Counted from the stretch's first letter, positions 1 to 10,678 are shown. The stretch: 64,000 nucleotides of DNA from Caulobacter sp. (GCA_019636175.1 JAHBYC010000002.1:62759-126758), one strand, 5' to 3'. A program made the numbers and translations. Notes: generated by a model not told the origin, from the sequence alone.

Positions 1-908
1 AGCGCGACGACCGAGGCGCATTCGCTGAGCCCGTAGCCTTCGAACACCGGCAGGCCGAGTCCCTCGGCCTGGGTCAGCAGCTGAGGCGAAACCCGCGCCC
101 CGCCCACCGCCACCAGTCGCAGGTCCGGGAAACGGGCTCCGGCGAACGACATGACCATTACAAGCGCGCGCAGCAGCTCCGGCACCAGAATCAGACTGCT
201 GGCCTTTTCGCCGGCGATGACTGCGGCAAGGCGGGCCAGGTCCGGCCGGAACGGGTTCGCCAGCCCGAGGTCCTCGGGGGGCAACACATGGTAACGGCCG
301 CCGGCGATCAGGGTGGCGTAGAGTCCGGCGACATTCTCCAGCAATACCGCCAGCGGCAGGAGCGGCAGGTGCCGTCCGGCGTAGTCGGCGCCGATCACCT
401 CCACAAGAGACGCGGACACCGCCTCCATCTGATCCTGGGACAGGCAGACGCCCTTGGGGCGGCCGGTCGAGCCTGAGGTGTAGGTCACCTTGGCGACGCC
501 GGGCGGCAGGGCGACAGGCGCCGAGACGAGCGGCTGGATCCGCAGCCGGGCGCCTCCTACCTCGAGCAGGAGGCCATCGGCGCCGGGAGCGATCAGCAGG
601 TCCGCGCCGGCGTCGGCGATGGCGTGACTGGTCTGATCGTCGGTGAAGAATCCGGGGATCGGCAGGCTAGGCCAGCCCAGCCGGATCAACGCCAGATCGA
701 TGATGACCCAGGCCGGGCCGTTGTCGAGCCGGACGACCACCGGAGAGTCCGGCCGCTTGCCGGTGGCGAGACGTTCCAGGGTCTCTGCCGTGCGCTCGAC
801 CTCGGCCTGCAACGCCGACCAGGTAAAGGCCTGATCAGGCGTGCTCAGCGCTATGGCGCCCGGCCGGTTGACGGCGTGCGCGGCGATGGCTTCCAGCACC
901 CGGCTCAA
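1..908 (-). CDS. AMP-binding enzyme (acyl-CoA synthetase/adenylate-forming family), 3' end outside window
   Basis: Not in the ORF track because it runs off the edge. Manual translation from a TTG at 908 (overlaps upstream stop) gives MSRVLEAIAAHAVNRPGAIAL... containing AKVTYTSGSTGRPKGVCLS (AMP-binding P-loop), VAVGGARV and EGYGLSECAS. Confidence 0.85.
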   Translation of the reverse strand, partial: MSRVLEAIAAHAVNRPGAIALSTPDQAFTWSALQAEVERTAETLERLATGKRPDSPVVVRLDNGPAWVIIDLALIRLGWPSLPIPGFFTDDQTSHAIADAGADLLIAPGADGLLLEVGGARLRIQPLVSAPVALPPGVAKVTYTSGSTGRPKGVCLSQDQMEAVSASLVEVIGADYAGRHLPLLPLAVLLENVAGLYATLIAGGRYHVLPPEDLGLANPFRPDLARLAAVIAGEKASSLILVPELLRALVMVMSFAGARFPDLRLVAVGGARVSPQLLTQAEGLGLPVFEGYGLSECASVVA

Positions 909-1630
909 CGCACCGCCTCCACGAGGCCGGCCTGGCCAGGCTCGGGCGGCGTCAGGCCGATCGCCGCCGGTTCGGTCAACATCATCCGCGACAGGGCAGG
1001 CAGCGCCGGTGCGATCGCCCCGACGCGCACCTCGGGGTCACGGGCGTAGTAGGCGCCCCAGTCGGCGGCGGCATCGGCCAGACGGGCCGGCTCGGCGCGT
1101 GTCAGGGACTCTGTGGCGAATCCAACCCGTGCGAAACTGCGCCGCAGCTGGCGGGTGGCGGTGGCGACCGCGTGGGTGCATCCCTCGTCGGCCAGATGGG
1201 CGGCCAGAGCCAGAAACAGCAGCAGGGTCGCCGGGGCGCTTGAGGAGGCCAGATTGCCGATCTCGGCGATTTCCCGTCGCTGGATCTCCAGGCCCATCCG
1301 GTTCGCCAGCGCCTGCTCGATCGGGACATCCAGATACTGCTCGAGGAACAGGCCTTCCTGACAGGCGAGCCGAAATCCAACCGCGGCCAGAACCTGTCCG
1401 TCCAGCCCCTGCACGCTGACCAGGGTTGGATAATGACTGCGGATGCGGCCCTCGAAGGCCATCGCATAGGAGGCCTCGAGAAAGGCCTCGACCCGGGGCC
1501 GGTCGGCCTGGTGCGGCGAGTGGACGGCGATGTTCAGGGGTTGATCAGCGGTCAGCCGCCGGAGGCGGCGGGCCGCGCGGTCGCCCCGACGGGGGATGGC
1601 GTTGTCTTCGGTTGCGGTCGCGTTCAGCAA
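905..1630 (-). CDS. 'Thermostable hemolysin' family protein
   Basis: C-terminal part of ORF 905..2815 carries AAVGFRLA..LFLEQYLDVPIEQ..IAEIGNLAS..WGAYY, typical of the family. Start placed at TTG 1630 after a GGAG; exact start uncertain. Confidence 0.75.
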   Translation of the reverse strand: MLNATATEDNAIPRRGDRAARRLRRLTADQPLNIAVHSPHQADRPRVEAFLEASYAMAFEGRIRSHYPTLVSVQGLDGQVLAAVGFRLACQEGLFLEQYLDVPIEQALANRMGLEIQRREIAEIGNLASSSAPATLLLFLALAAHLADEGCTHAVATATRQLRRSFARVGFATESLTRAEPARLADAAADWGAYYARDPEVRVGAIAPALPALSRMMLTEPAAIGLTPPEPGQAGLVEAVR

Positions 1631-1680
1631 GGCGGCGTCTCCGTTCACACAGGGACGCACTCCCGCCCCATGCCACGAAT

Positions 1681-1716
1681 GACGACGCCCGCGACCAACC
1701 CCCTCAAAGGAATTTT
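1681..1716 (-). promoter_or_regulatory. Putative ECF sigma promoter AAAAT-N3-TTTGAGG-N17-CGTC (copy A)
   Basis: Same motif and spacing as the copy at 2371-2406; about 50 bp upstream of the hemolysin-family start. Confidence 0.65.
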
Positions 1717-1822
1717 GCCTCGCCATTGCGCCGGGCCGCGACATGGGGAAAATCACCCTGATCGCTTCGGCCAACCGGGGCGGGAAGCGGCCCGTGCGCC
1801 GTGGGAGCCGTGATCTCACCGT

Positions 1823-2356
1823 TTGGACGACGTCGAAGGCCATCCTCTGCTCGCCGTCTATCTCGCGCGCCGCGAAGAGTTGGTCCGGTATTTCAGGATA
1901 CGGCTGCGGTCCGCCGAGGCGGCGGAGGATCTCGTCCAGGATATCTATCTGAAGATCGCCGCCCGACCGGTGACCGGCGCCCCGGAGGAGATTGGCAATC
2001 CCGGAGCCTATCTCTACCGGCTTGGCTCTAACCTGATGCTTGACCGGATCAAGCAGCAGCGGCGCGCCGACCGGCGCCACGCCGAATGGCAGGACAGCGA
2101 GACCATGTCGGCGGGAGGAGAGCCGGTGGACCAGGCGCCGCCCGCCGACGAGGCGGTGGCCGCCCGCCAGCGCCTGGACCAGATTCTGGAAACGGTCGGC
2201 GCCATGTCGCCATCTGTCCGTGAGGCGTTTCGGCTGCACAAGCTGGAAGGTCTGAGCCATGCCGAGACCGCCAGGGCGATGGGCGTATCCCGCTCCAGCG
2301 TCGAGAAACACATCATGGCCAGCCTCCGGCAGATCCTGAAGCGGATCGGACGATGA
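1823..2356 (+). CDS. ECF (FecI-like) RNA polymerase sigma-70 factor
   Basis: Region 2 AEDLVQDIYLK..AYLYRLGSNL and region 4 REAFRLHKLEGLSHAETARAMGVSRSSVEKH; lies directly upstream of fecR. Confidence 0.9.
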   Translation: MDDVEGHPLLAVYLARREELVRYFRIRLRSAEAAEDLVQDIYLKIAARPVTGAPEEIGNPGAYLYRLGSNLMLDRIKQQRRADRRHAEWQDSETMSAGGEPVDQAPPADEAVAARQRLDQILETVGAMSPSVREAFRLHKLEGLSHAETARAMGVSRSSVEKHIMASLRQILKRIGR

Positions 2357-2370
2357 CGACGATGCCGGCG

Positions 2371-2406
2371 AAAATAGTTTTGAGGCGCCTGACGGTTTGT
2401 GGCGTC
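2371..2406 (+). promoter_or_regulatory. Putative ECF sigma promoter AAAAT-N3-TTTGAGG-N17-CGTC (copy B)
   Basis: AAAATagtTTTGAGGcgcctgacggtttgtggCGTC upstream of fecR; CGTC is a common ECF -10 element. Confidence 0.65.
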
Positions 2407-2453
2407 TTTGAGGCAAGGGCGGGCGTTCTCGCCCATGAGGAACACCAGACCGG

Positions 2454-3437
2454 ATGACGGGACAGTCCGACATTGACGCTGCGGAGACCGTGCAGGACCA
2501 GGCTTTGGCCTGGTTGGTGCGGGTGCAGTCGGACGCCGCCACGGCCGACGACTGGGCGGCTCTGGCCGACTGGCTGGAGGGCCCGCCAGAGCGACTGGCG
2601 GCCTTCGAGGCGACGGAACTGGCGGTCGCCGGTATTGACGATCTGGCGCCGGCCATCGCCGCCGGTCTGTCAGCGCCCGCCACCAATGTCCTGCCCTTCA
2701 CCCGCCAAAGACCGTTGCGGATCTCGCCACGATGGATCGGCGCCCTGGCCGCCGCCTGTGTTGTTCTGGTCGCCGGCCCGGTACTCTGGCAGGCCTCGCA
2801 GGGGCGCGAGATCACCTACCGCACGGCGCCGGGACAGACCCGCGAGGTGACCCTCGCCGACGGCAGCCGAATTCGGATGGATGGCGATTCACAGCTGACC
2901 GCCCGCCTCGGCTGGCGGGCCCGCCGGATTTCGATGGCCAGCGCCGAAGCGACCTTTGACGTGACCCGCGACCCCGGCCGCCCCTTCATCGTCCAGGTCG
3001 GCGACCAGCAGGTTCGGGTGGTCGGCACCCAGTTCAACATCCGCCACCATGACGATCAGGTGGTCGTCACCGTGCGGCGGGGCGTCGTCGAGGTAAGGCA
3101 GCCGGCCCTGGGCGCTTCGCCGGTCGCCCGGCTGACCGTCGGAGACCAGCTGCGCCACAGGGTGGGCGCGCGGACCTCGGAACAGGCGCGCGTCGATCCC
3201 GCCATCGCCTTCGCCTGGACCCAGGGGAGACTGATCTGCGAGGACCGGCCCCTGTCGGAGATCGTCGCCGACCTCAACCGCCGCTACGCGCGGCCCTTCC
3301 GGCTGGAAGGCGACGCCGGCGCCAGGCGCTTCTCCGGGGTGCTGGAGCTGGGGGATCAGGAGGTTCTGGCGCGACGTTTGGCGGACTACCTTTCCCTGAC
3401 CGTGGAGCGTAGTGATCAGGCCATCACTCTGCGCTGA
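2454..3437 (+). CDS. fecR: FecR-family anti-sigma/signal transducer
   Basis: N-terminal QALAWLVR..WL, one TM helix, YRTAPGQTREVTLADGSRI, VVGTQFNI, AWTQGRL. Confidence 0.9.
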   Translation: MTGQSDIDAAETVQDQALAWLVRVQSDAATADDWAALADWLEGPPERLAAFEATELAVAGIDDLAPAIAAGLSAPATNVLPFTRQRPLRISPRWIGALAAACVVLVAGPVLWQASQGREITYRTAPGQTREVTLADGSRIRMDGDSQLTARLGWRARRISMASAEATFDVTRDPGRPFIVQVGDQQVRVVGTQFNIRHHDDQVVVTVRRGVVEVRQPALGASPVARLTVGDQLRHRVGARTSEQARVDPAIAFAWTQGRLICEDRPLSEIVADLNRRYARPFRLEGDAGARRFSGVLELGDQEVLARRLADYLSLTVERSDQAITLR

Positions 3438-3454
3438 CCCCAAGGACGCCAGCC

Positions 3455-5881
3455 TTGCCTGATTTCGCCCGGCGCCTGTGGGCCGCCGCCCTTGGCATCG
3501 CGACGGTGCTGCTTTCGCCGGGATGGGCGACGGCGGCTCCGCGAACCTTCGAGTTCAACATCGCCGAGAAGGCTCTGGGCGCCGAGCTCGTCGAGTTCGC
3601 CCTGCGGACCGGTCTCTCCGTTGGCGGCGGCAACATCGCCGCCTGCGCGCCGCGCGGACGCCCCTTGGTCGGCCGCTTTACCGCCCGCGCGGGCCTTACG
3701 CGGCTGCTGGCGGGGACGGGTTGCAGCTTCCGGTTTATCGATGCGGGGGCCGTCGAGATTATCGTCCTGCCGCGACCTGGCCCGACCCAGGCGCGTCCCG
3801 AGCCGACGACGCCGCCGCGGCCGGCCCCGCCCGTCGATCTCGCCGAACTGGTTGTGGTGGCGACCCGGCGACCGACGACGGTGGACCAGCTGGCCTATCC
3901 GGTCACCGCCCTCGACGCCGCGACGCTGGCCGGTCAGGCCGTCACGGACGCTGCGGACATTGCCCAGCTGAGCCCGGGGATGACGGTCACCAACCTGGGA
4001 TCGGGCCGCAACAAGATCCTCATCAGAGGCCTGTCCGACGGCCCCCTGACCGGCCGGACCCAGTCGATGGTCGGCCTCTATCTGGATGACGTTCGCATCA
4101 CCTACAACGCGCCGGACCCCGATCTGAGGCTCATCGACATGGCCCAGGTGTCGGTTCTGCGAGGCCCCCAGGGCGCGCTCTACGGGGCCGGCTCGCTGGG
4201 CGGGGTCCTGCGTCTGTCGACAAATCGGCCGGAACTGGACAGGGTGACCGGCTGGCTGTCCGGATCGGCCGGCGTAACCCATGGCGGCGACGGCTCCTCG
4301 ACGCTGGAGGGCATGCTCAATCTTCCGCTGGTGGAGGGTCGGGCCGGGTTGCGCGCCGTCGCCTGGCGGGATGTGGACGGCGGCTATATCGACGACGTCG
4401 GACTGCGGCGGGCGAACGTCAACCGGCTGGTGCGTCTGGGCGGCCGGCTGGCGGCCCGTCTTGAGCTGAACGGGACCTGGTCCCTGACCGTCGGCCTGGT
4501 CGGCCAGGCTATCGACTCCGACGACACCCAGTACGCCGTGGCCGGGGTTGGCCCCTACCAGCGACGCAACAGCCTGCGCGAACCGCATGACAACGATTTC
4601 GCCGAGGCGCGGCTAGGTCTGACGGGGCGAACAGCCTGGGGGGAGCTGCGGTGGACAGCGGCCGTGGTCGACCACCATCTGGACAGTCGTTATGACGCCA
4701 CCGCGGCCCCGCCGGTCGCCAGCCCGCCCGGCCCGGTCGCCTTCGACGATGTGAACGACCTCAACAGCTTCGTAACCGAAGCCAGCCTGATTTCCGGCGC
4801 CGGTGCGCCGTTCGACTGGCTGGTCGGCGTCTTCTATGGACGGAGCCAGCAGGATATCGACCTGACCCTGGCCACGGCGACCGCCAGTCCGGTCGTCAGC
4901 TTCACCGAGGCGCGACGCGACAGGCTGGAGGAATCGGCCCTGTTCGGCGAGGTCGTATTGCCCCTGCCGGCCGACCTCGACCTGACGCTGGGCGGGCGGT
5001 TCTTCTCCGCGAAGGGCCAGGTGAGAAGCCTGATCGCCACCCCCCTGACCGGCGACAAGGCGGACTTCTCCGGACGCTTCAGCCACTCGGGGTTCGCGCC
5101 CAAGATCCTGGTCAGCTGGCGAGGCCTGGACGGCGTGGTGCTGTATGCCGGGGCGACCGAAGGCTACCGATCCGGAGGCTTCAACACCACGGGCGCCCCC
5201 GGCCAGGCATTCGATGCGGCCGGCGGCGTCCAGCCCTACCGGCGATACCAGGGCGACGAGTTGTGGAGCTTCGAGGCCGGCGCGCGCTTCTCGTCGCTTG
5301 AGGGCAGTCTGCAGATCAATGTCACGGCCTTCGAAACGCGCTGGTCCAACATCCAGAGCGATCAGTTGCTGGCCTCGGGCCTGCCTTTCACCGCCAACAT
5401 CGGCGACGGGATCAATCGCGGCGTCGAGGTCGAAGGCGTCTATCGGTCAGGCCCCCTGCGGCTGTCCGGCAACCTGCTGGTCAATTCACCGGAACTGGAT
5501 CGCGCCAATCCGGCCTTTCCGGCGCGCAGCGATCTCTCCCTGGCGGGGGTGCCGGCGTTTTCGGCGGGGCTTTCCGCCCACTACGCCTGGCCGATTTCCG
5601 GCGACCATCAACTCGAACTGGACGGAAGACTGGCCTATGTCGGCGCCTCGAGCCTGACCTTCGACGCCCAAACGTCTCCGGCCATGGGCGATTACGTTTC
5701 AGGGCGACTGGCCGCCAGTCTTGTCGGGGACCGCTGGAGCCTGACCCTGGCCGTCACCAACCCCGCCGACAGCCGGGGCGACACCTTCGCCTATGGCAAT
5801 CCCTTCACCCTGCGGACCACCCGGCAGATGACGCCCCAGCGCCCCCGCACCGCCAGCCTTACGCTCAGGGCGACCTTCTAG
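3455..5881 (+). CDS. TonB-dependent transducer with N-terminal signalling (STN-like) domain
   Basis: Signal peptide, FNIAEKALGAELVEFA extension, LVVVATRR, VLRGPQGALYGAGSLGG, C-terminal F. Confidence 0.9.
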   Translation: MPDFARRLWAAALGIATVLLSPGWATAAPRTFEFNIAEKALGAELVEFALRTGLSVGGGNIAACAPRGRPLVGRFTARAGLTRLLAGTGCSFRFIDAGAVEIIVLPRPGPTQARPEPTTPPRPAPPVDLAELVVVATRRPTTVDQLAYPVTALDAATLAGQAVTDAADIAQLSPGMTVTNLGSGRNKILIRGLSDGPLTGRTQSMVGLYLDDVRITYNAPDPDLRLIDMAQVSVLRGPQGALYGAGSLGGVLRLSTNRPELDRVTGWLSGSAGVTHGGDGSSTLEGMLNLPLVEGRAGLRAVAWRDVDGGYIDDVGLRRANVNRLVRLGGRLAARLELNGTWSLTVGLVGQAIDSDDTQYAVAGVGPYQRRNSLREPHDNDFAEARLGLTGRTAWGELRWTAAVVDHHLDSRYDATAAPPVASPPGPVAFDDVNDLNSFVTEASLISGAGAPFDWLVGVFYGRSQQDIDLTLATATASPVVSFTEARRDRLEESALFGEVVLPLPADLDLTLGGRFFSAKGQVRSLIATPLTGDKADFSGRFSHSGFAPKILVSWRGLDGVVLYAGATEGYRSGGFNTTGAPGQAFDAAGGVQPYRRYQGDELWSFEAGARFSSLEGSLQINVTAFETRWSNIQSDQLLASGLPFTANIGDGINRGVEVEGVYRSGPLRLSGNLLVNSPELDRANPAFPARSDLSLAGVPAFSAGLSAHYAWPISGDHQLELDGRLAYVGASSLTFDAQTSPAMGDYVSGRLAASLVGDRWSLTLAVTNPADSRGDTFAYGNPFTLRTTRQMTPQRPRTASLTLRATF

Positions 5882-5902
5882 GCCCGCCGCCGCCGACGAG
5901 AC

Positions 5903-7246
5903 CTATCGAGCGCGGTATCGGCCCAGATCGATGCCGCGGCGCTTGACCTTGTCGTAAAAGGTCTTCCGGGGCAGGGAGAGGGCGGCGATGGTCGCGCGGA
6001 CGTCGCCGCCATGGGCCCGCAAGGCGTCCTCGATCACCTGAGCCTCGAAGGCCTCGACACGCTCGGCCAGGGTGCGGCCATCGCCGGGCGCGGGCGCGAC
6101 GGCGTCATCCAGACCCAGCACCAGCCGCTCGGCGAAATGCCTCAGCTCGCGGACATTGCCCGGCCAGTCATGCTCCAGAAGGCGGCGACGGACCGCGTCG
6201 GTCAGCGGCGGCGGCTCGCGCCGGAAGCGCACCGCCGCCTCGGCCTGAAAGTGGCCGAACAGCAGGGGGATATCCGCCCGCCGCTCCCTCAGCGGCGGCA
6301 CCCGGATGCGGACGACATTGAGCCGGTAATAGAGGTCTGGCCGGAACAGCCCCCGCTCGGCGAGTTCGCCAAGGTCCACGCTGGAGGCCGCGACAACGCG
6401 GATGTCCACGGCGCGGGCCTCGCTTGCGCCCAGGGGATTTATCAGTCGCTCCTCAAGCACCCGCAGCATCCGCCCCTGAATGGCCGGCGACATGCTTTCG
6501 ATCTCATCCAGCAGCAGGGTGCCCCGGTCGGCCGACTCGATCCGGCCCACGCGTCGCCGCAAGGCGCCGCTGAAAGCGCCCGTCTCATGGCCGAAGAGCT
6601 CGCTCTCGATCATGGTTTCCGGCAGGGCCGCGCAGCTGACCGCGACAAACGGGTGCGGCCGGCGCCGGCTGCCGCGATGCAGGGCCTGGGCGACCAGCTC
6701 CTTGCCGACGCCCGTCTCCCCCTCGACCAGCACATCGACATCGGCCTCGGCGATGTGGCGCAGGCTGGCGCGCAGCCTCTGCATCACCGGCGTGTCGCCG
6801 ATCAGGCCAAGGTCGGCGCCGATTCCCCCGGCGGCGGCGACCAGGCGGCGGTTGTCGAGCACCAGACGACGCTTTTCCATGGCCCGCCGGACGCTGGCCA
6901 GCAGTCGATCGACCGCGAAGGGTTTGGCGACAAAGTCGTAGGCGCCCTCCTGCAGCGCCTCGACGGCCTGGGCCACGTCGCCATGGCCGGTGATGAAGAT
7001 GACCGGCAGGTCCGGATCCAGATCGCGCAGGCGGTGGAAAAGCTGGCGGCCATCCATGCCGGGCATGCGGATGTCGCTGACCACCACGCCCGGAAAGCCG
7101 GCGTCGATCCGCTCCAGGGCCGCCTCGGCGCTGGCCAGGGGCAGGACCTCGAAACCGGCCAGCGAAAGGCTCTGGGCATGGGCGGCGCGCAGGTCGGCGT
7201 CATCATCGACGAAGGCGACCAGCCTGATGTCCTCGAACACGCTCAC
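5903..7246 (-). CDS. dctD: C4-dicarboxylate response regulator DctD (REC-AAA+-HTH)
   Basis: Receiver domain, [30 protein letters not shown]-terminal LPRKTFYDK; adjacent to dctB and dctA. Confidence 0.9.
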   Translation of the reverse strand: MSVFEDIRLVAFVDDDADLRAAHAQSLSLAGFEVLPLASAEAALERIDAGFPGVVVSDIRMPGMDGRQLFHRLRDLDPDLPVIFITGHGDVAQAVEALQEGAYDFVAKPFAVDRLLASVRRAMEKRRLVLDNRRLVAAAGGIGADLGLIGDTPVMQRLRASLRHIAEADVDVLVEGETGVGKELVAQALHRGSRRRPHPFVAVSCAALPETMIESELFGHETGAFSGALRRRVGRIESADRGTLLLDEIESMSPAIQGRMLRVLEERLINPLGASEARAVDIRVVAASSVDLGELAERGLFRPDLYYRLNVVRIRVPPLRERRADIPLLFGHFQAEAAVRFRREPPPLTDAVRRRLLEHDWPGNVRELRHFAERLVLGLDDAVAPAPGDGRTLAERVEAFEAQVIEDALRAHGGDVRATIAALSLPRKTFYDKVKRRGIDLGRYRAR

Positions 7247-9078
7247 GCCCCCCGCAGGGTTATGACAAAGGCGGCGCCGCCAAGCGTCTTCCCGCCACCC
7301 GTCGGCGTATTGGCAAGCTCGCCGCCAAATTCGGCGATGATGTCGCGGGAGATGACCAGACCCAGGCCCAGACCCTGCGGCTTGGTGCTGACGAAGGGTG
7401 TGAACAGGCCCTCGGCGGCCTGGGGCGCGAGACCGGGACCATTGTCGGAGACGGTGATCCGCACGGTCTTGCCGGACCGGCGAACCTCGACGCGGATCAT
7501 CGGCTCGGCGGTGTCGGTCAGGGCTTCGGCGGCGTTCTGCAGCAGATTGACCAGCACCTGCTCAAGCCGCATGTGGTCGGCCATCACCAGGACCTCGCCG
7601 TCCGGGCCGGCGCGAACGAGTTCGATCCCCTGCTGTCGCAGCCGGGCGCCGACCAGCACCAGGGCCCCGTCGATGGCGGCCTCGACCCTGACCGCCTGGA
7701 CCTGTCCGGTCGACTTGCGGGCGAAGGCGCGCAGTTCGTCGGTGATCAGGCCGATGCGCGCGGTCAGCGAGCCGATGACGCCAAGATTTTCCCTGGCCTG
7801 CTCAGGCTGCTCTCGCTCCAGAAAGACCTGGGCGTTGTCGGCGTAGGCGCGGATGGCGGCGACCGGCTGGTTGATCTCATGCGCCACCCCCGCCGCGATC
7901 TGGCCCAGGGTGGCCAGCTTGTTGGCCTGAACCAGTTCGTCCTGCAGGCGGTGCAGGTTGGCCTCGGCGCGGCGGCGTTCGTCCATTTCAAGGACCAGTT
8001 GCTGGTTGGCGGCGCTGAGTTCACGGGTGCGGTCGACTACCCGCGCCTCCAGTTCGACGCGGGCGGCCTCCTGGGCGGCAGCCAGCCGGACCGCCCGCTG
8101 ACGGCGATAGAGGACGATGGCGACCACCGCGACGATCAGCGAGGTCAGGATCAGGGTCATGGCCCGGGCGGCGGTGATGCTGGCGTCCAGCGCCCGGTCG
8201 GACGCGGTCAGGACATGCAGGGTCCAGCCGGGCGAGGAGGCCGGGGCCGAGGCGATGATGAAGCGTGAGTCCTGATCGCTGCCCGGCAGGCGGCCGGTCC
8301 GCTCGCGCGGGTGACGGGGGTCGGTCGTCAGGGGCAGGGGCTGAAGCGCCTCGCCGCCGAACTGCAGGCTGGCGCGCAGGCGCGAGCGTTCGGGTTCAGC
8401 AATCGGCGCCACGGTGCGGAAGCGCCAGGCCGGGATTGAGGTCACCAGGACGATGCCGTGCGGATCGGTGACAAAGGCCGGCTCCTCGGAGCGGCGCCAC
8501 TCGCCCTCCAGCGCGTCGAACTCGACCTTGACCACCACCACGCCCAGGGGCCCGCGCGGACCATCGACCCGGCGCCCGAGGAACAGGCCCGGCCGGCCGC
8601 TGACCGTGCCAAGGGCGAAGTGCTCGGCAGAGCCGGCCTTCAGGGAATCCCGGAAATAGGGGCGGAAACTGTAGTTGGAGCCGACGAAGCTGGTCGGCAG
8701 GCGCCAGTTGCTGGCGGCCAGGGTCTGGCCCCGGTCGTCCAGCAGGTAGATGACCGCCGCCCGGGTCTGGCCACTGAGGGTTTCCAGCTTGCGGTCCAGC
8801 GCCGCCAGTCGGGCCGGATCGCGGGAGGCCAGGGCCTGACCGACGTCCGGGTCCTGGGCGAGAACGAAGGGCAGCGAGCGATGCTTCTCCAGCTCGCTGC
8901 GCAGGACCGCGGCGTGCAGGGCGGCGGCGGCGTCGGCCTGGCGCACCAGATCGGCCCGGGCGGCGTCGCTGGCCAGCTGTCCGGCGGTCAGGGTCGCGGC
9001 GCCGACCAGCAGCAGGCTGATCAGCAGAAACGGGCCCCACCGTCGAAGGCTGGCCCAACCCACCGGAATTCTCGCCAC
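7243..9078 (-). CDS. dctB: C4-dicarboxylate sensor histidine kinase DctB
   Basis: [18 protein letters not shown] sensor motif, [11 protein letters not shown]-box, N/G boxes. Start (GTG 9078) approximate. Confidence 0.9.
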   Translation of the reverse strand: MARIPVGWASLRRWGPFLLISLLLVGAATLTAGQLASDAARADLVRQADAAAALHAAVLRSELEKHRSLPFVLAQDPDVGQALASRDPARLAALDRKLETLSGQTRAAVIYLLDDRGQTLAASNWRLPTSFVGSNYSFRPYFRDSLKAGSAEHFALGTVSGRPGLFLGRRVDGPRGPLGVVVVKVEFDALEGEWRRSEEPAFVTDPHGIVLVTSIPAWRFRTVAPIAEPERSRLRASLQFGGEALQPLPLTTDPRHPRERTGRLPGSDQDSRFIIASAPASSPGWTLHVLTASDRALDASITAARAMTLILTSLIVAVVAIVLYRRQRAVRLAAAQEAARVELEARVVDRTRELSAANQQLVLEMDERRRAEANLHRLQDELVQANKLATLGQIAAGVAHEINQPVAAIRAYADNAQVFLEREQPEQARENLGVIGSLTARIGLITDELRAFARKSTGQVQAVRVEAAIDGALVLVGARLRQQGIELVRAGPDGEVLVMADHMRLEQVLVNLLQNAAEALTDTAEPMIRVEVRRSGKTVRITVSDNGPGLAPQAAEGLFTPFVSTKPQGLGLGLVISRDIIAEFGGELANTPTGGGKTLGGAAFVITLRGA

Positions 9079-9101
9079 CCTGCCATGCTCCCGAAGCGAT
9101 C

Positions 9102-9151
9102 CGTGCGGAAGATGGCACAAATTGTCCGCGCCGTGTGCATTATTTCGCACA
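9102..9151 (+). promoter_or_regulatory. Tandem DctD upstream activator sites
   Basis: CGTGCGGAAGATGGCACA (9102-9119) and TGTGCATTATTTCGCACA (9134-9151), 32 bp apart, resembling the rhizobial dctA UAS (TGTGCGGAAATCCGCACA). Confidence 0.75.
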
Positions 9152-9296
9152 CCGCAAAGCCACGCCCGTCAGTATCGTTATATTTTACAATGCCTTATGT
9201 CTATCGATGCGGCATTTGCCCGGTCGGCGGCGAGCGGCGAGTCTTGGCGGAACACCCCGACAGAGGGGCGAGGACGCGCAGGGAAGATTCGCCGGC

Positions 9297-10631
9297 ATGA
9301 TCAGCCAGGACCACGTCACCGAGGACGCGCCGCGCAAGCGGGGGCTGCACCGCCATCTCTATGCGCAGGTGCTGCTGGCGATCCTGCTCGGCGCCCTGAT
9401 CGGCCACTTCTTCCCGGCGACCGGCGAGAGCCTCAAGCCGCTGGGAGACGCCTTTATCAAGCTGGTGAAGATGATCATCGCCCCGGTGATCTTCCTGACC
9501 GTGGTCACCGGCATCGCCGGCATGCGTGAACTGGACAAGGTCGGCGGGGTGGCCCTGAAAGCCTTCGGCTACTTTCTTACCTTCTCGACCCTGGCGCTGG
9601 TCATCGGCATGGCGGTGGCCAATGTCGTGCGGCCGGGCGCGGGCATGAACATCGACCCGGCCAGCCTCGATGGGGCGGCGGTGACCGCCTATGTGGCCAA
9701 GGCCCACGACCAGACCATCGTCGGCTTCCTGATGGACATCATCCCGGCGACGGTGACCAGCGCCTTCGTCGACGGCAACATCCTGCAGGTCCTGTTCTTC
9801 TCGATCCCGTTCGGCATCGCCCTGGCCCTGGTGGGCGAGCGCGGCCAGCCGGTGCTGGATGTGCTGAACGCGACCTCCGAGGCCTTCTTCAAACTGGTGG
9901 CCATCTTCATGAAGGCCGCGCCGATCGGGGCCTTCGGCGCCTTCGCCTTCACCATCGGCAAGTACGGCATCGGCTCGGTGGCCAACCTCGCCGGACTGGT
10001 GGCGACCTTCTACCTGACCTCGGCCCTGTTCGTCGTGGTGGTGCTGGGCGCGGTCGCCCGCTTCAACGGTTTCTCGATCCTCAGGCTGCTGCGCTACCTC
10101 AAGGAAGAGCTGTTCCTGGTGCTGGGCACCAGTTCGTCGGAAGCGGCCATGCCCAGCCTGATCGACAAGCTGGAGCGGGCCGGATGCCCCAAGTCCATCG
10201 TCGGTCTGGTGGTGCCCACCGGCTACAGCTTCAACCTGGACGGCACCAACATCTACATGACCCTGGCCGCCCTGTTCATCGCCCAGGCGGTGGGCATCGA
10301 GCTGACCATCGGCCAGCAGCTCCTGCTGCTGGGCGTGGCGATGCTGAGTTCCAAGGGCGCCGCGGGCGTCACCGGCGCCGGCTTCATCACCCTGGCCGCC
10401 ACCCTGTCGGTGGTGCCGACCGTGCCGGTGGCCGGCCTGGCCCTGATCCTCGGCATCGACCGCTTCATGTCCGAATGCCGGGCCCTGACCAACTTCATCG
10501 GCAACGCCGTGGCCACCATCGTGGTCTCGCGCTGGGAAGGGCGGCTGGACCGCGCCCAGCTGAACGCGGCCCTCGGCCACGCCCCGCCTCACGAGCCCAT
10601 CCTGGAGCCCGCCGAGGCGCCCACCGACTGA
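9297..10631 (+). CDS. dctA: C4-dicarboxylate/aspartate transporter DctA (DAACS family)
   Basis: [61 protein letters not shown]. Confidence 0.95.
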   Translation: MISQDHVTEDAPRKRGLHRHLYAQVLLAILLGALIGHFFPATGESLKPLGDAFIKLVKMIIAPVIFLTVVTGIAGMRELDKVGGVALKAFGYFLTFSTLALVIGMAVANVVRPGAGMNIDPASLDGAAVTAYVAKAHDQTIVGFLMDIIPATVTSAFVDGNILQVLFFSIPFGIALALVGERGQPVLDVLNATSEAFFKLVAIFMKAAPIGAFGAFAFTIGKYGIGSVANLAGLVATFYLTSALFVVVVLGAVARFNGFSILRLLRYLKEELFLVLGTSSSEAAMPSLIDKLERAGCPKSIVGLVVPTGYSFNLDGTNIYMTLAALFIAQAVGIELTIGQQLLLLGVAMLSSKGAAGVTGAGFITLAATLSVVPTVPVAGLALILGIDRFMSECRALTNFIGNAVATIVVSRWEGRLDRAQLNAALGHAPPHEPILEPAEAPTD

Positions 10632-10678
10632 CCTGACGACCATCAAGAACAAGACCAACCAGACAAGGGGGAGACACC

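Noticed and set aside
905-1630. Virulence toxin interpretation
   Set aside because: The family name is historical; there is no signal peptide or pore-forming feature, and the gene is coupled to an adenylating enzyme.
1631-2815. N-terminal 390 aa of the 636-aa minus-strand ORF 905..2815
   Set aside because: Antisense shadow of the sigma and fecR genes; only the C-terminal part has family motifs and its own RBS and promoter.
9113-9127. TGGCAC as a sigma54 -24 box
   Set aside because: No TTGC at the -12 position; the hexamer is part of the first DctD dyad.
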